Source of the DNA: Thermoplasmata archaeon
Lineage (GTDB): Archaea; Thermoplasmatota; Thermoplasmata; Lutacidiplasmatales; UBA184
Length of the DNA: 64,000 nt
NCBI GenBank assembly: GCA_021819135.1
Contig: JAKASE010000009.1
Coordinates: forward strand, 15,408-79,407
Direction: 5' to 3'
Shown: positions 19,940 through 28,014 of the stretch, piece by piece
Layout of the letters: each line of letters starts with the position of its first letter
How positions within the stretch are numbered: position 1 is the stretch's first letter
The notes under the pieces: model-generated
What the model was told of the DNA's origin: nothing
Seen by the model: only the letters and a program-made list of their open reading frames with translations
Database searches by the model: none
Translations under genes and position numbers: made by a program

Positions 19940-20115
19940 GCGCGGCCGTCCGGGGTCGCCCGTGCGGTGAGCATGCGACGGTACTTCCCGTACCGGTCGG
20001 CCGGGTCAAAACGCGCCGGGTGCGGGGTGCGGGTCGCCCCGCCGCATTCGGGGCACTTCGCCCGGAAGGTGTAGCGCCCGCACCCGCGGCAGACGCGGAG
20101 GATCGATTCCGTCAT
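19936..20115 (-). CDS. nop10: H/ACA ribonucleoprotein subunit Nop10
   Basis: 59 aa (MTESILRVCRGCGRYTFRAKCPECGG...) with a Zn-ribbon CxxC...CxxC, typical of archaeal Nop10. Internal start within the longer ORF-track entry. Confidence 0.8.
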   Translation of the reverse strand: MTESILRVCRGCGRYTFRAKCPECGGATRTPHPARFDPADRYGKYRRMLTARATPDGRA

Positions 20116-20888
20116 GCCCGGACGAACGTCCCTTCCCCTCCGACGGCCTTCACGCTCTTGAGGGCGGCCTCGGTCGCCTTCTTTAGCGTCTCCTCCGCCT
20201 GCTTGTACTGGGCGGCCCGCACGCGAATGCGGTATCGGGGAGCCCCCACGTACTGGACCTCCACCGAGTCCGGGTCGACCTGCTCGGCGGCGAGGAGCGC
20301 CTCCCGGACGTGGTCGAGCCCGTCCGGGCCGGGATCGCTCACCTCGAGCGTGCCGAGGATCGTCACCGAGGGCGGGACGATGTTGTCGTGCGCGACCCGG
20401 AGGAACGCCGCGACCCACGGCACCTTGTCGTTCTCCTTCTGGAACCGCTTCGCGTCGACCGACGCGACCTCGAACGCGCCAAAGAGCGAGCCGTACTTCT
20501 CGACCAGCGCGGGCCCGAACTGGTCGACCGCCTCATCGGTCGGGATCTTGAGCCCCTGGGCGACCTGCTCAACGAGACGCATCGCGCGGGCCTCGTTCTT
20601 CCACGCCTGGACCTTCTCGCGGCGCTGGTGGTCGTTGATGCGCTTCAGCGAGAGATCGACCTGGCCCTTCGACGCATCGACCCGAAGGACGCGGGCCACG
20701 ATCTTCTGGCCCTCGCGGATGTGGTCCCGGATGTACTTGACCCAGCCGGTCGCGACCTCGGAGAGGTGGATGAACGCCTCGCGCTTGTTGTACTCGTCCA
20801 GGGTGACAAAAGCGCCGAAGTTGCGGATCGACGTGACGGTCCCGATGACGAGGTCGCCTTCCTCGGGAAGCTCGGCACGCAGAGGCAT
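20112..20888 (-). CDS. translation initiation factor 2 alpha subunit (aIF2-alpha)
   Basis: 258 aa with an N-terminal S1 domain (GDLVIGTVTSIRNFGAFVTLDEYN...GWVKYIRDHIREGQKIVARVLRVD). Canonical position next to nop10 and S27e/L44e. Confidence 0.9.
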   Translation of the reverse strand: MPLRAELPEEGDLVIGTVTSIRNFGAFVTLDEYNKREAFIHLSEVATGWVKYIRDHIREGQKIVARVLRVDASKGQVDLSLKRINDHQRREKVQAWKNEARAMRLVEQVAQGLKIPTDEAVDQFGPALVEKYGSLFGAFEVASVDAKRFQKENDKVPWVAAFLRVAHDNIVPPSVTILGTLEVSDPGPDGLDHVREALLAAEQVDPDSVEVQYVGAPRYRIRVRAAQYKQAEETLKKATEAALKSVKAVGGEGTFVRA

Positions 20889-20907
20889 CCGATGCGCCGA
20901 CCCCCGC

Positions 20908-21084
20908 CTAGGCCGACACCGGGCGGACGAACTCGCCTCGGAGCTTCGCCTGGCCGCCGGTCGGCGTCGCGAGCGTGGCCCCGCAGACGGAGCAGTTGAC
21001 CACGGTCGCGGGACGGCTGAACACCGTCTGCTCGGTCGAGCAGTCCGGACACTTCACGATCCAGAACGGAGATGGGGCGCGCAT
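20908..21084 (-). CDS. rps27e: 30S ribosomal protein S27e
   Basis: 58 aa (MRAPSPFWIVKCPDCSTEQTVFSRPATVVNCSVCGATLATPTGG) with a C4 Zn ribbon. Internal ATG of the longer ORF. Confidence 0.8.
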   Translation of the reverse strand: MRAPSPFWIVKCPDCSTEQTVFSRPATVVNCSVCGATLATPTGGQAKLRGEFVRPVSA

Positions 21085-21092
21085 GGACTGTC

Positions 21093-21377
21093 TCAGTGGT
21101 GCTCGACGAGCTCGAGCTGGCTCGCCCGCCAGCTGGCGGGCTGAACGGTGTACTTGCACTTCTTGCACCGGTACTTGAGATAGACCCGGCGCACGGCCTT
21201 CGCACGGCCCTCGGGCTTCGGACGCGGGAACCCTCCGTACCCGCGCGTGGCGCGACGGAAGCGGCGCTGCCCCCAGGCGAGCTCGGAGGCCGCCCTCTTC
21301 TTGCCCTTCTCGACCTCGTGCGCCGTGTGCGTCTTGCACTTCGGGCAGTACGTCGAGACGACCTTTGGATAGTGCAT
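21093..21377 (-). CDS. rpl44e: 50S ribosomal protein L44e
   Basis: MHYPKVVSTYCPKCKTHTAHEVEKGKKR...CKKCKYT, with a Zn ribbon. The ORF-track GTG at 21383 would add 2 aa. Confidence 0.85.
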   Translation of the reverse strand: MHYPKVVSTYCPKCKTHTAHEVEKGKKRAASELAWGQRRFRRATRGYGGFPRPKPEGRAKAVRRVYLKYRCKKCKYTVQPASWRASQLELVEHH

Positions 21378-21397
21378 GGTCACCCGCGCAGACGGCC

Positions 21398-21410
21398 TCC
21401 ATATAAATCC
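21398..21410 (-). promoter_or_regulatory. TATA box (minus-strand TTTATATGG) ~24 nt upstream of L44e start; divergent promoter region
   Basis: Plus-strand ccATATAAAtcc at 21399-21410 in an otherwise GC-rich intergenic region. Spacing fits an archaeal leaderless mRNA. Confidence 0.45.
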
Positions 21411-21535
21411 CCTCCTCCGAACCCGGGAGCCCCGATCGCGAACGGAGAGGCCCTCTGCGGGGACCGTCGCCCCCGGGGGGCAGGGCCCCGTTCCTCCAGC
21501 CGAAACGGGCGCTCCCCGAGAGAGCGAAAGATAAC

Positions 21536-21546
21536 GCTTTAATAGC
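21536..21546 (+). promoter_or_regulatory. possible TATA-like element (CTTTAATAG) ~45 nt upstream of L1 start
   Basis: AT-rich octamer in a GC-rich intergenic region. The L1 mRNA leader often carries an autoregulatory L1-binding site, so a short leader is expected. Confidence 0.3.
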
Positions 21547-21587
21547 GAGGCCTGTTCCGCGCGCCCGCCGAACTATCGGACCGTTCC

Positions 21588-22226
21588 ATGCCGGACCGTT
21601 CATCGCTCGAGGTGGTCACCGAGGCGCTCGGGAAGGCCGGTGAGCGGAAGTTCTCCGAGACCATCGAGCTCTCCGTCAATCTCAAGGACCTCGACCTGAC
21701 GGTCCCGAAGAACCGTATCGAGGACGAGATCCCGCTCCCGAACGGGCGCGGTCGGACGGTCAAGGTCGCCGTCTTCGGATCCCCCGAGCTCTGCCAGAAG
21801 ATCCGCAACGTCGCGGACGTCGTCGTCCCGTCGAACCAGCTCGATGACTTCGCGAAGGACAAGAAGTCGGTGAAGAAGGCGGTCAACGGGATCGACTTCT
21901 TCCTCGCCGAGGCCCCGCTCATGCCGACGATCGGTAAGCGCCTCGGGGTCGTCCTGGGCCCGCGCGGCAAGATGCCGCGACCGGTGCCGCCGGGGAGCGA
22001 CCCCACGAACCTCGTCAACGCCCTGAAGCGCTCGATCCGGGTCCGCTCGAAGGGCAACCGGACGTTCCACGCGCCGGTCGGCACCCGGGCGATGCCGGCG
22101 GAGCAGATCGCGCAGAACGTCGATGCCGTGCTGACCCGCATCGTCGGCAAGCTCGAACGCGGACGGACCAACATCGAGTCGGTCTACGTGAAGACCACGA
22201 TGGGGCCGTCGGTCCGGCTCTGGTAG
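21588..22226 (+). CDS. rpl1: 50S ribosomal protein L1 (uL1)
   Basis: 212 aa (...FSETIELSVNLKDLDLTVPKNRIEDEIPLPNGRGRTVKVAVF...), the L1 fold signature. Followed by P0 and P1 as in archaeal L1-L10-L12 operons. Confidence 0.9.
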   Translation: MPDRSSLEVVTEALGKAGERKFSETIELSVNLKDLDLTVPKNRIEDEIPLPNGRGRTVKVAVFGSPELCQKIRNVADVVVPSNQLDDFAKDKKSVKKAVNGIDFFLAEAPLMPTIGKRLGVVLGPRGKMPRPVPPGSDPTNLVNALKRSIRVRSKGNRTFHAPVGTRAMPAEQIAQNVDAVLTRIVGKLERGRTNIESVYVKTTMGPSVRLW

Positions 22227-22240
22227 GGGAGGTCATCGCG

Positions 22241-23101
22241 ATGCCCGGTCGAGGTTCGGTCCGGCCCGAGAAGTTCACCGAGGTCGAGTCGCTCACCCGC
22301 ACGGTCCTCGAGCACCGCGTCACGGCGGTGGTGGGACTGCGAGGCGTACCCGCGGCCGCGCTGCAGTCGATGCGCCGCGAGCTCCGGGCCCGTGGCCACC
22401 CGATCACCGTCTCCACGAACAGCGCGATCCGCCATGCCCTCGAGAAGGCGAGCGGCACGCGCCCGTCCCTGAAGCCGCTCCTCGACCAGGTGACGGACCA
22501 GACCGCGATCCTGTCGGCCGAGGGGAACCCGTTCGCGCTCTACCAAGAGTTCCTCAAGACGCGCTCGCCCACCCCGGCGCGCGGCGGGGAGATCGCGCCG
22601 AGGGACATCTTCGTGCCGGCCGGGACGACGAACTTCAAGCCGGGTCCGATCGTCGGCGAGCTCCAGCACGCCGGGTTCCCCGCGGCGATCGAGAAGGGGA
22701 AGGTGGTCCTCAAGAAGGACACCACGATCGTGAAGGCCGGTCAGACGATCTCTCGCGAGGTCGCGGGGATGCTGACCCGGCTCGACATCCTACCCCTCGA
22801 GGTCGGTCTCAACCTCCGGGCGGTCGTCGACGGCGAGACCTTCTACCCCCCGGATGTCCTCTCGGTCGACCTCGAGGCGAAGCGGACGGAGATCGCGCGT
22901 GCGTCCCGCACCGCGCTCGGCCTTGCGGTCCAGCTGGGATACCTCGCCCCGGAGACCGTGCCGCTCCTGCTCGAACGGGCCCACCGTAGGGCCCTTGGGG
23001 TCGCGATCGCGACCGGCTATCCTACGAAGGAGACGATCGAGCCGCTCTTCGCGAAGGCGATGCGGGAGGCGGCCGCCGTCTCCAAACTGACAGGTCACTG
23101 A
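22241..23101 (+). CDS. rplP0: 50S ribosomal protein P0 (uL10)
   Basis: 286 aa. N-terminal L10 domain and operon position between L1 and P1. Confidence 0.9.
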   Translation: MPGRGSVRPEKFTEVESLTRTVLEHRVTAVVGLRGVPAAALQSMRRELRARGHPITVSTNSAIRHALEKASGTRPSLKPLLDQVTDQTAILSAEGNPFALYQEFLKTRSPTPARGGEIAPRDIFVPAGTTNFKPGPIVGELQHAGFPAAIEKGKVVLKKDTTIVKAGQTISREVAGMLTRLDILPLEVGLNLRAVVDGETFYPPDVLSVDLEAKRTEIARASRTALGLAVQLGYLAPETVPLLLERAHRRALGVAIATGYPTKETIEPLFAKAMREAAAVSKLTGH

Positions 23102-23132
23102 GGGTCCCCCCAAAGTCCACGGAGTGAGAACG

Positions 23133-23441
23133 ATGGAGTACGTCTATGGTGCGCTGCTGCTCAACGCCGCCGGAAAGCCGATCGACGAGAAGGCCCTCTC
23201 GGGCCTGCTCACCGCCGCCGGGGTCAGCCCCGACGCGGCTCGGGTGAAGGCGCTCCTCGCGTCGCTCGAAGGGGTCAACCTCACCGAGGTCCTCGCGAAG
23301 GCCGAGACGTTCGCCGCCCCGGCCCCCGCCGCCGCGGCACCGGCGGAGAAGAAAGAGGGCAAGGGCGAGAAGAAGGAAGAGGAGGAGAAGGGCGTCTCCG
23401 AGGAGGAGGCGGCCGAGGGACTCTCCGCCCTCTTCGGCTGA
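23133..23441 (+). CDS. rpl12: 50S ribosomal stalk protein P1 (L12e)
   Basis: [22 protein letters not shown]..., Ala/Glu/Lys-rich hinge, then the conserved C-terminal stalk peptide [13 protein letters not shown]. Confidence 0.85.
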   Translation: MEYVYGALLLNAAGKPIDEKALSGLLTAAGVSPDAARVKALLASLEGVNLTEVLAKAETFAAPAPAAAAPAEKKEGKGEKKEEEEKGVSEEEAAEGLSALFG

Positions 23442-23463
23442 ACCGGTCCTTTCCCGTACCCTC

Positions 23464-23489
23464 GGCCCCGCCGAACCACCGGCGGGGCC
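23464..23489 (+). terminator. GC-rich perfect hairpin (GGCCCCGCCG-AACCA-CGGCGGGGCC) 23 nt after the P1 stop
   Basis: Perfect 10-bp inverted repeat seen directly in sequence. No oligo-T tract follows, so function as an archaeal terminator is uncertain. Confidence 0.25.
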
Positions 23490-23693
23490 CTACCTATTCG
23501 AGCGCATAGAGCAGCGACCGCGGCGTTCCCGGGCCAAGCGCGGGTCGGTGCCGCCCGGGGGCCCGCCCGGCACGAAGACCATCGTATCCCCCGAGGAGAC
23601 GGCCGCAGGATGCCGACCCGTTCGGGGCCGGAACGACGGAAGACCGGGTAACCGTAGCCGCTCCGCTTATGACCCACGCCCCGCTGGGTCACG

Positions 23694-25139
23694 GTGAAGG
23701 AGTCACCCTCCTCGCTCGGTGCCCGCATGCCCGCTCGGGAGTTCTGCGGCGTTGTGGGGGTCTCGCTGCAGGGCAAGGGGGCCGCTCCCTACCTTTTCCG
23801 GGGCCTGCGGGCCCTCCAGCACCGGGGCCAAGAGTCCGCGGGGATCGCGACGACCAGCCACGGGACGCTCTACCAGCGCAAGGGGATGGGTCTCGTCCAC
23901 GAGATCTTCGGCCAGGAGCTTCTGGACTCCCTGCGCGGCGCCGTGGGGATCGGCCATGTCCGCTACTCGACCACCGGCTCGAGCGATATCGAGAACGCGC
24001 AGCCGATCGTCGTGAAGGTCAAGGACGAGGACGCCGCCATCGCGCACAACGGCGACATCGTGAACTTCAGCCGGATCCGGCGCCGCCTGGAGTCCCAGGG
24101 GATCGACCTCCTCGGGAACGCCGACACCGAGTCGATGGCCCAGATGATCGCGCTCGAGTACGGGCGTACCCGCGACCTCGAGGCCGCGATCCGGCGGGCC
24201 TGCTCGGAGATCATCGGAGGCTACGCGGTCGTCTTCCTCGTCGGGAACCGCGTCTACGCCTTCCGGGACCCGCTCGGGATCCGTCCCCTCGTCTTCGGCA
24301 CGGTCGAGGGCGGGGTCGCGGTGGCGAGCGAGTCGGTCGCGCTCGAGCTGATGGGCGGCAAGGCGGTACGCGATGTCGCTCCCGGGGAGGTCCTGGTCCT
24401 GGAGAAGGGCCAGCTCGCGCGCACCTCGCTCATCCCCAACAACGGGGACCGCGCCCACTGCATGTTCGAGTGGGTCTACTTCTCCCGGCCGGACTCGATG
24501 ATGGAGGGCCAGCCGGTCTACGACGTCCGCTACCGTATCGGCCAGCGTCTCGCGGCGGAGGCGCCGGTGAAGGCCGACCTGGTGGTCCCGGTGCCGGATT
24601 CGGCGCGCCCCCAGGCCCTCGGCTTCGCCGAAGGGACCGGCGTCCCGTACGCCGAGGCGTTGATCAAGAACCGTTTCGTGGAACGTACGTTCATTCTCCC
24701 GGACCAGAAGCGGCGGGAGTTCGAGGTACGGGTGAAGCTCCATCCGGTGCCGGGGCTCCTCCGGGGGAAGCGGATCGTCCTTCTCGACGATTCGATCGTG
24801 CGGGGGACCACCCTCCGGGAGATCGTCCAGATGGTCCGCGGGGCCGGGGCGACGCGGGTCGATGTCCGCATCGGTTGCCCTCCGATCCGGGCCCCGTGCT
24901 ACTTCGGCATCGACATGAAGGAACGCAAGGAGCTCGTCGCCCACAATCGGACGGCGGAGCAGATCGCCGAGGTCGTGGGGGCCGACAGCGTCCACTACCT
25001 CTCGATCCCCGGGCTCGTCGAGTCGATCCGCCTCTCCGAGAACCAGCTCTGCCTCGGGTGCCTGACCGGCCGGTACCCGGTCGAGGTACCCGAAGAGCGA
25101 CACCGGTTCCAGAAGTCGCTGGCGGAGTTCGGCGCGTGA
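23694..25139 (+). CDS. purF: amidophosphoribosyltransferase PurF
   Basis: REFCGVVGV (N-terminal nucleophile Cys), a glutamine amidotransferase type-2 domain and a C-terminal PRTase domain (VLLDDSIVRGTT). The start may be the ATG at 23727 (MPAREFCG), making the first 11 aa a propeptide or mis-start. Confidence 0.9.
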   Translation: MKESPSSLGARMPAREFCGVVGVSLQGKGAAPYLFRGLRALQHRGQESAGIATTSHGTLYQRKGMGLVHEIFGQELLDSLRGAVGIGHVRYSTTGSSDIENAQPIVVKVKDEDAAIAHNGDIVNFSRIRRRLESQGIDLLGNADTESMAQMIALEYGRTRDLEAAIRRACSEIIGGYAVVFLVGNRVYAFRDPLGIRPLVFGTVEGGVAVASESVALELMGGKAVRDVAPGEVLVLEKGQLARTSLIPNNGDRAHCMFEWVYFSRPDSMMEGQPVYDVRYRIGQRLAAEAPVKADLVVPVPDSARPQALGFAEGTGVPYAEALIKNRFVERTFILPDQKRREFEVRVKLHPVPGLLRGKRIVLLDDSIVRGTTLREIVQMVRGAGATRVDVRIGCPPIRAPCYFGIDMKERKELVAHNRTAEQIAEVVGADSVHYLSIPGLVESIRLSENQLCLGCLTGRYPVEVPEERHRFQKSLAEFGA

Positions 25140-26056
25140 GGAGCGCCGTCCTGCTCGGACGGGGTCCCCGGCTCTTCCTCGTGACGCTCCCGGACGGGGC
25201 CGTCGAGGGGTTTCCCTGGGACGTCGCCCCCGAGCGCGCGGCCGAACGAGCCGCGGCGCACGGCGCGGAGCACCTCCCTACGGGTCTCCGTGCCCGACTG
25301 GGGTCCCTCGGAACCGACCTAGGGCTCCTCTCGGGGGAGCCGGGTCTCGGCCCGGTCGTCGCCCGGGAGCTCGGACGCGCCGTGGGGGAGGCGACCCTCA
25401 CCGAGCTCCGGAGCGCGCGGGCCCGTCTCCCCGAGCTCGCGGAGGACGAAGAGCGGGCGTTCGTCCGGGCCTTGGCCCGCCTCCGTCTCGAGCAGGCGCT
25501 CCGGAGCCCCGACGAGGTCCTCGTAACGCTCGCCCGTGAGGAGATCCGGGTCGAGCGCTCGGTCGGACGCGAGGCGCGGGCGGCGGAGGCGTTCGTCGCC
25601 GTGCCGGGGACTCCGCTCGAACCGTACGCGCGCGAATGGCACCGCATCCGTGAATCGCTCGAGCAGCACCACGCCTCCCTCCGGGGCGAGGTCGAGCGTC
25701 GCGCGCGCGCGCTCCTCCCGAACCTCTCGGAGCTGGTCGGACCGCTCGTCGCCGCACGGCTCCTCGCGGTCGCGGGCGAGGCCGGCACGCTCGCTCGCCT
25801 CCGCGGACCCCGCCTCCAGCTCCTCGGGTCGAGGCGGCGCCCCTCCGCCGAACGGGGGCCCCGCTACGGCGTGCTCTACCGGGCCGACCGGATGGAGGAG
25901 CTGCCCCTCGGGCGCCGGGGCGCCTACGCTCGCAGCCTCGCCTCGCTCGCCGCGATCGCGATCCGGGCGGACGTGCTCACGCATCGGGACCTCACGACGA
26001 CGCTCGTCGGGCGCCGGGACCGTCGGGTCCGCGAGCTCCAGCGGAGGCGACCGTGA
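25136..26056 (+). CDS. nop5: Nop5/Nop56/58-family C/D box snoRNP protein (short form)
   Basis: GTG start overlaps the purF stop by 4 nt. The C-terminal Nop domain reads ...LSELVGPLVAARLLAVAGEAGTLARLRGPRLQLLGS...RGPRYGVLYRADRM. Only 306 aa, with no obvious long coiled-coil insert. Confidence 0.75.
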   Translation: MRSAVLLGRGPRLFLVTLPDGAVEGFPWDVAPERAAERAAAHGAEHLPTGLRARLGSLGTDLGLLSGEPGLGPVVARELGRAVGEATLTELRSARARLPELAEDEERAFVRALARLRLEQALRSPDEVLVTLAREEIRVERSVGREARAAEAFVAVPGTPLEPYAREWHRIRESLEQHHASLRGEVERRARALLPNLSELVGPLVAARLLAVAGEAGTLARLRGPRLQLLGSRRRPSAERGPRYGVLYRADRMEELPLGRRGAYARSLASLAAIAIRADVLTHRDLTTTLVGRRDRRVRELQRRRP

Positions 26057-26823
26057 GGCCGCCGACCCGGTTCCGTAGCCACCCGGCTTCCGCTCGCCTC
26101 GCCCTGCGCCGGGACTCCGGGCGCACCGAGCTCTGGACGGAAACGGTGGGGGCGCTTCCCTCCGTCTACGGCGAGCGCTGGATCGAGCGGGACGGCCGGA
26201 CGTTCCGTGCGTTCGATCCGAACCGTTCAAAGCTCTCGGCGGCCGTGGTGCATGGCTGGTCCGGGGAGCTTCCGTCCCCCGGGCAGCGCTGGCTCTACCT
26301 CGGGGCCGCCAGCGGGACCACGGCGTCCCACGTCGCCGACCTCGTCGGCCCGCATGGTCGCGTCTACGCGGTCGAGCGCAGCGTTCGCCCGTTCGCCCGA
26401 CTCCTCGAGCTCTCCGCCCGGTGGCCGAACCTGCTGCCGATCCTGGCCGACGCCCGGGAGCCCCGGAACTACTCCGATCTCGTGCCGCCCGTGGACGGCC
26501 TCTACGCGGACATCGCCCAGCCGGACCAGACCGAGATCGCCTACCGGAACGCCGCGCTGTTCCTCTCGGGAGCCGGGGGGCTCCTTCTGATCGCGCTCAA
26601 GACCTCGAGCATCGGCCGGGAGGTCGGTCCGGCGGGTCACCTGGCCCGTGCGGAGACGGAGCTCGGGTCCCGGTTCGCGCTCGCGCCGTCGGTCAAGCTC
26701 GACCCGTTCCACCGGGCGCACTACCTGGTGGGGGGACGGGCCCGGGACCCGCTGTTCTCGGAACGAGGGACGGTCTCGCTCACGAAGCGGGACGGGCGGC
26801 GCCGCGCGCGATCAGCACGGTGA
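26053..26823 (+). CDS. flpA: fibrillarin-like rRNA/tRNA 2'-O-methyltransferase
   Basis: GTG overlapping the nop5 stop. SAM-MTase motif region (RWLYLGAASGTTASHVADLVGPHGRVYAVERS) typical of fibrillarin. Canonical nop5-flpA pairing. Confidence 0.85.
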   Translation: MRPPTRFRSHPASARLALRRDSGRTELWTETVGALPSVYGERWIERDGRTFRAFDPNRSKLSAAVVHGWSGELPSPGQRWLYLGAASGTTASHVADLVGPHGRVYAVERSVRPFARLLELSARWPNLLPILADAREPRNYSDLVPPVDGLYADIAQPDQTEIAYRNAALFLSGAGGLLLIALKTSSIGREVGPAGHLARAETELGSRFALAPSVKLDPFHRAHYLVGGRARDPLFSERGTVSLTKRDGRRRARSAR

Positions 26824-27901
26824 CGATGTCCTCGTCGGCGAGGACGTGGTCGCGTCCGACGGTCTGACCCGGGAACCGGGCGCTGCGTCCCCAGACCTGC
26901 GCCGAGCGGAACGTCCGATCGAGATCGGACGGGAGCCGGCGGAGGAGAGCGCTCACGGGGTCGCCCTTGCGGAGGATCACCGGCTCGTCGAGGTCCGGCG
27001 GTCGTCCCGGGGGCTTGACGAAGACCCGGATGAAGTGGAGCGCGTGCCCGAGCCGATCGATCAGCTCCTCGAGGCCGACCTGGTTCTTCGCGGAGATGAA
27101 GATCGGGTCGAACCCGCGGAGGTCAGCGGCGAGACGCGTGCGCTCGGCAGGGGTGAGGAGCTCGGCCTTGTTGAGCACGAAGAGCGCCGGAACGTAGACC
27201 CGGTTGCCGGCGAGGACATCGATCAGCTGGTCGACGGTGGCGTCCTCGCGGAAGACGATCGACCCGTTGTGGACGCCGAACTCCCGTGCGATCTGGGCCG
27301 CTGCCCCGCTCCCGAGATGGGTCAACCGGACGGTGCTCGACACCGTGAGCCCGCCGCGGTCCGAGCGCTGCACCACGATCCGCGGGGGGCGCTGGTTGAC
27401 GCGGACCCCCGCTCCCTCGAGCTCGTTCGTGAGCGCGCGGAGGTTCGGGTGCTCCGGGTCGATCAGGAACAGGATGAGATCGCAGGAGCGGACGACGGAC
27501 AGGACCTCCCGTCCCCGCCCTCGCCCCTTCGCGGCCCCCGGGATCAGCCCAGGCATGTCGAGGATCTGGATCGACGCGCCGCCCCAGCGCAGCATCCCCG
27601 GGATGATCGATACCGTGGTGAAGTCGTAGGCCCCGGTCTCGCTCTCCGTCTGGGTGAGACGATTGAGGAGGGTGGACTTGCCCGTGGAGGGGTACCCGAC
27701 GAGACCGACCGTCGCGTGCCCGCTCTTGCGGACCCCGTACCCCGTGCCCCCGCCGCGTCCCTTGGCCCGGGTCTCTCGCTCGAGGCGAAGGACGGCGAGC
27801 TTCGCTTTCAGCCGACCGATGTGCAGCTGGGTCGCCTTGTTGTAGGCGGTGTTGCGGATCTCCTCCTCTACCGCGGCGATCTGTTCTTCGAGCGACGACA
27901 T
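26780..27901 (-). CDS. DRG-family (Obg-like) GTPase with C-terminal TGS domain
   Basis: 373 aa (MSSLEEQIAAVEEEIRNTAYNKATQLHIGRLKAKLA..., G1 GYPSTGKSTLLN, G3 DMPGLI). The architecture matches developmentally-regulated GTP-binding protein. Convergent 44-nt overlap with flpA. Confidence 0.85.
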   Translation of the reverse strand: MSSLEEQIAAVEEEIRNTAYNKATQLHIGRLKAKLAVLRLERETRAKGRGGGTGYGVRKSGHATVGLVGYPSTGKSTLLNRLTQTESETGAYDFTTVSIIPGMLRWGGASIQILDMPGLIPGAAKGRGRGREVLSVVRSCDLILFLIDPEHPNLRALTNELEGAGVRVNQRPPRIVVQRSDRGGLTVSSTVRLTHLGSGAAAQIAREFGVHNGSIVFREDATVDQLIDVLAGNRVYVPALFVLNKAELLTPAERTRLAADLRGFDPIFISAKNQVGLEELIDRLGHALHFIRVFVKPPGRPPDLDEPVILRKGDPVSALLRRLPSDLDRTFRSAQVWGRSARFPGQTVGRDHVLADEDIVTVLIARGAARPAS

Positions 27902-28014
27902 CGGAGGAGCGGCCCGGGGCCTACGGGGCTCGCATCCTACTTGAGCGTGACGAGCCGTCGGCCACCGTTCAGGGAGGGCCGGGAGCGGTTAAGCCCCGCC
28001 CGGGTCGGACGCCC

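Noticed and set aside
23669-25135. N-terminal ~490 codons of the 795-aa ORF 23669-26056
   Set aside because: They overlap purF in another frame. Only the C-terminal portion from GTG 25136 is the Nop5 gene.
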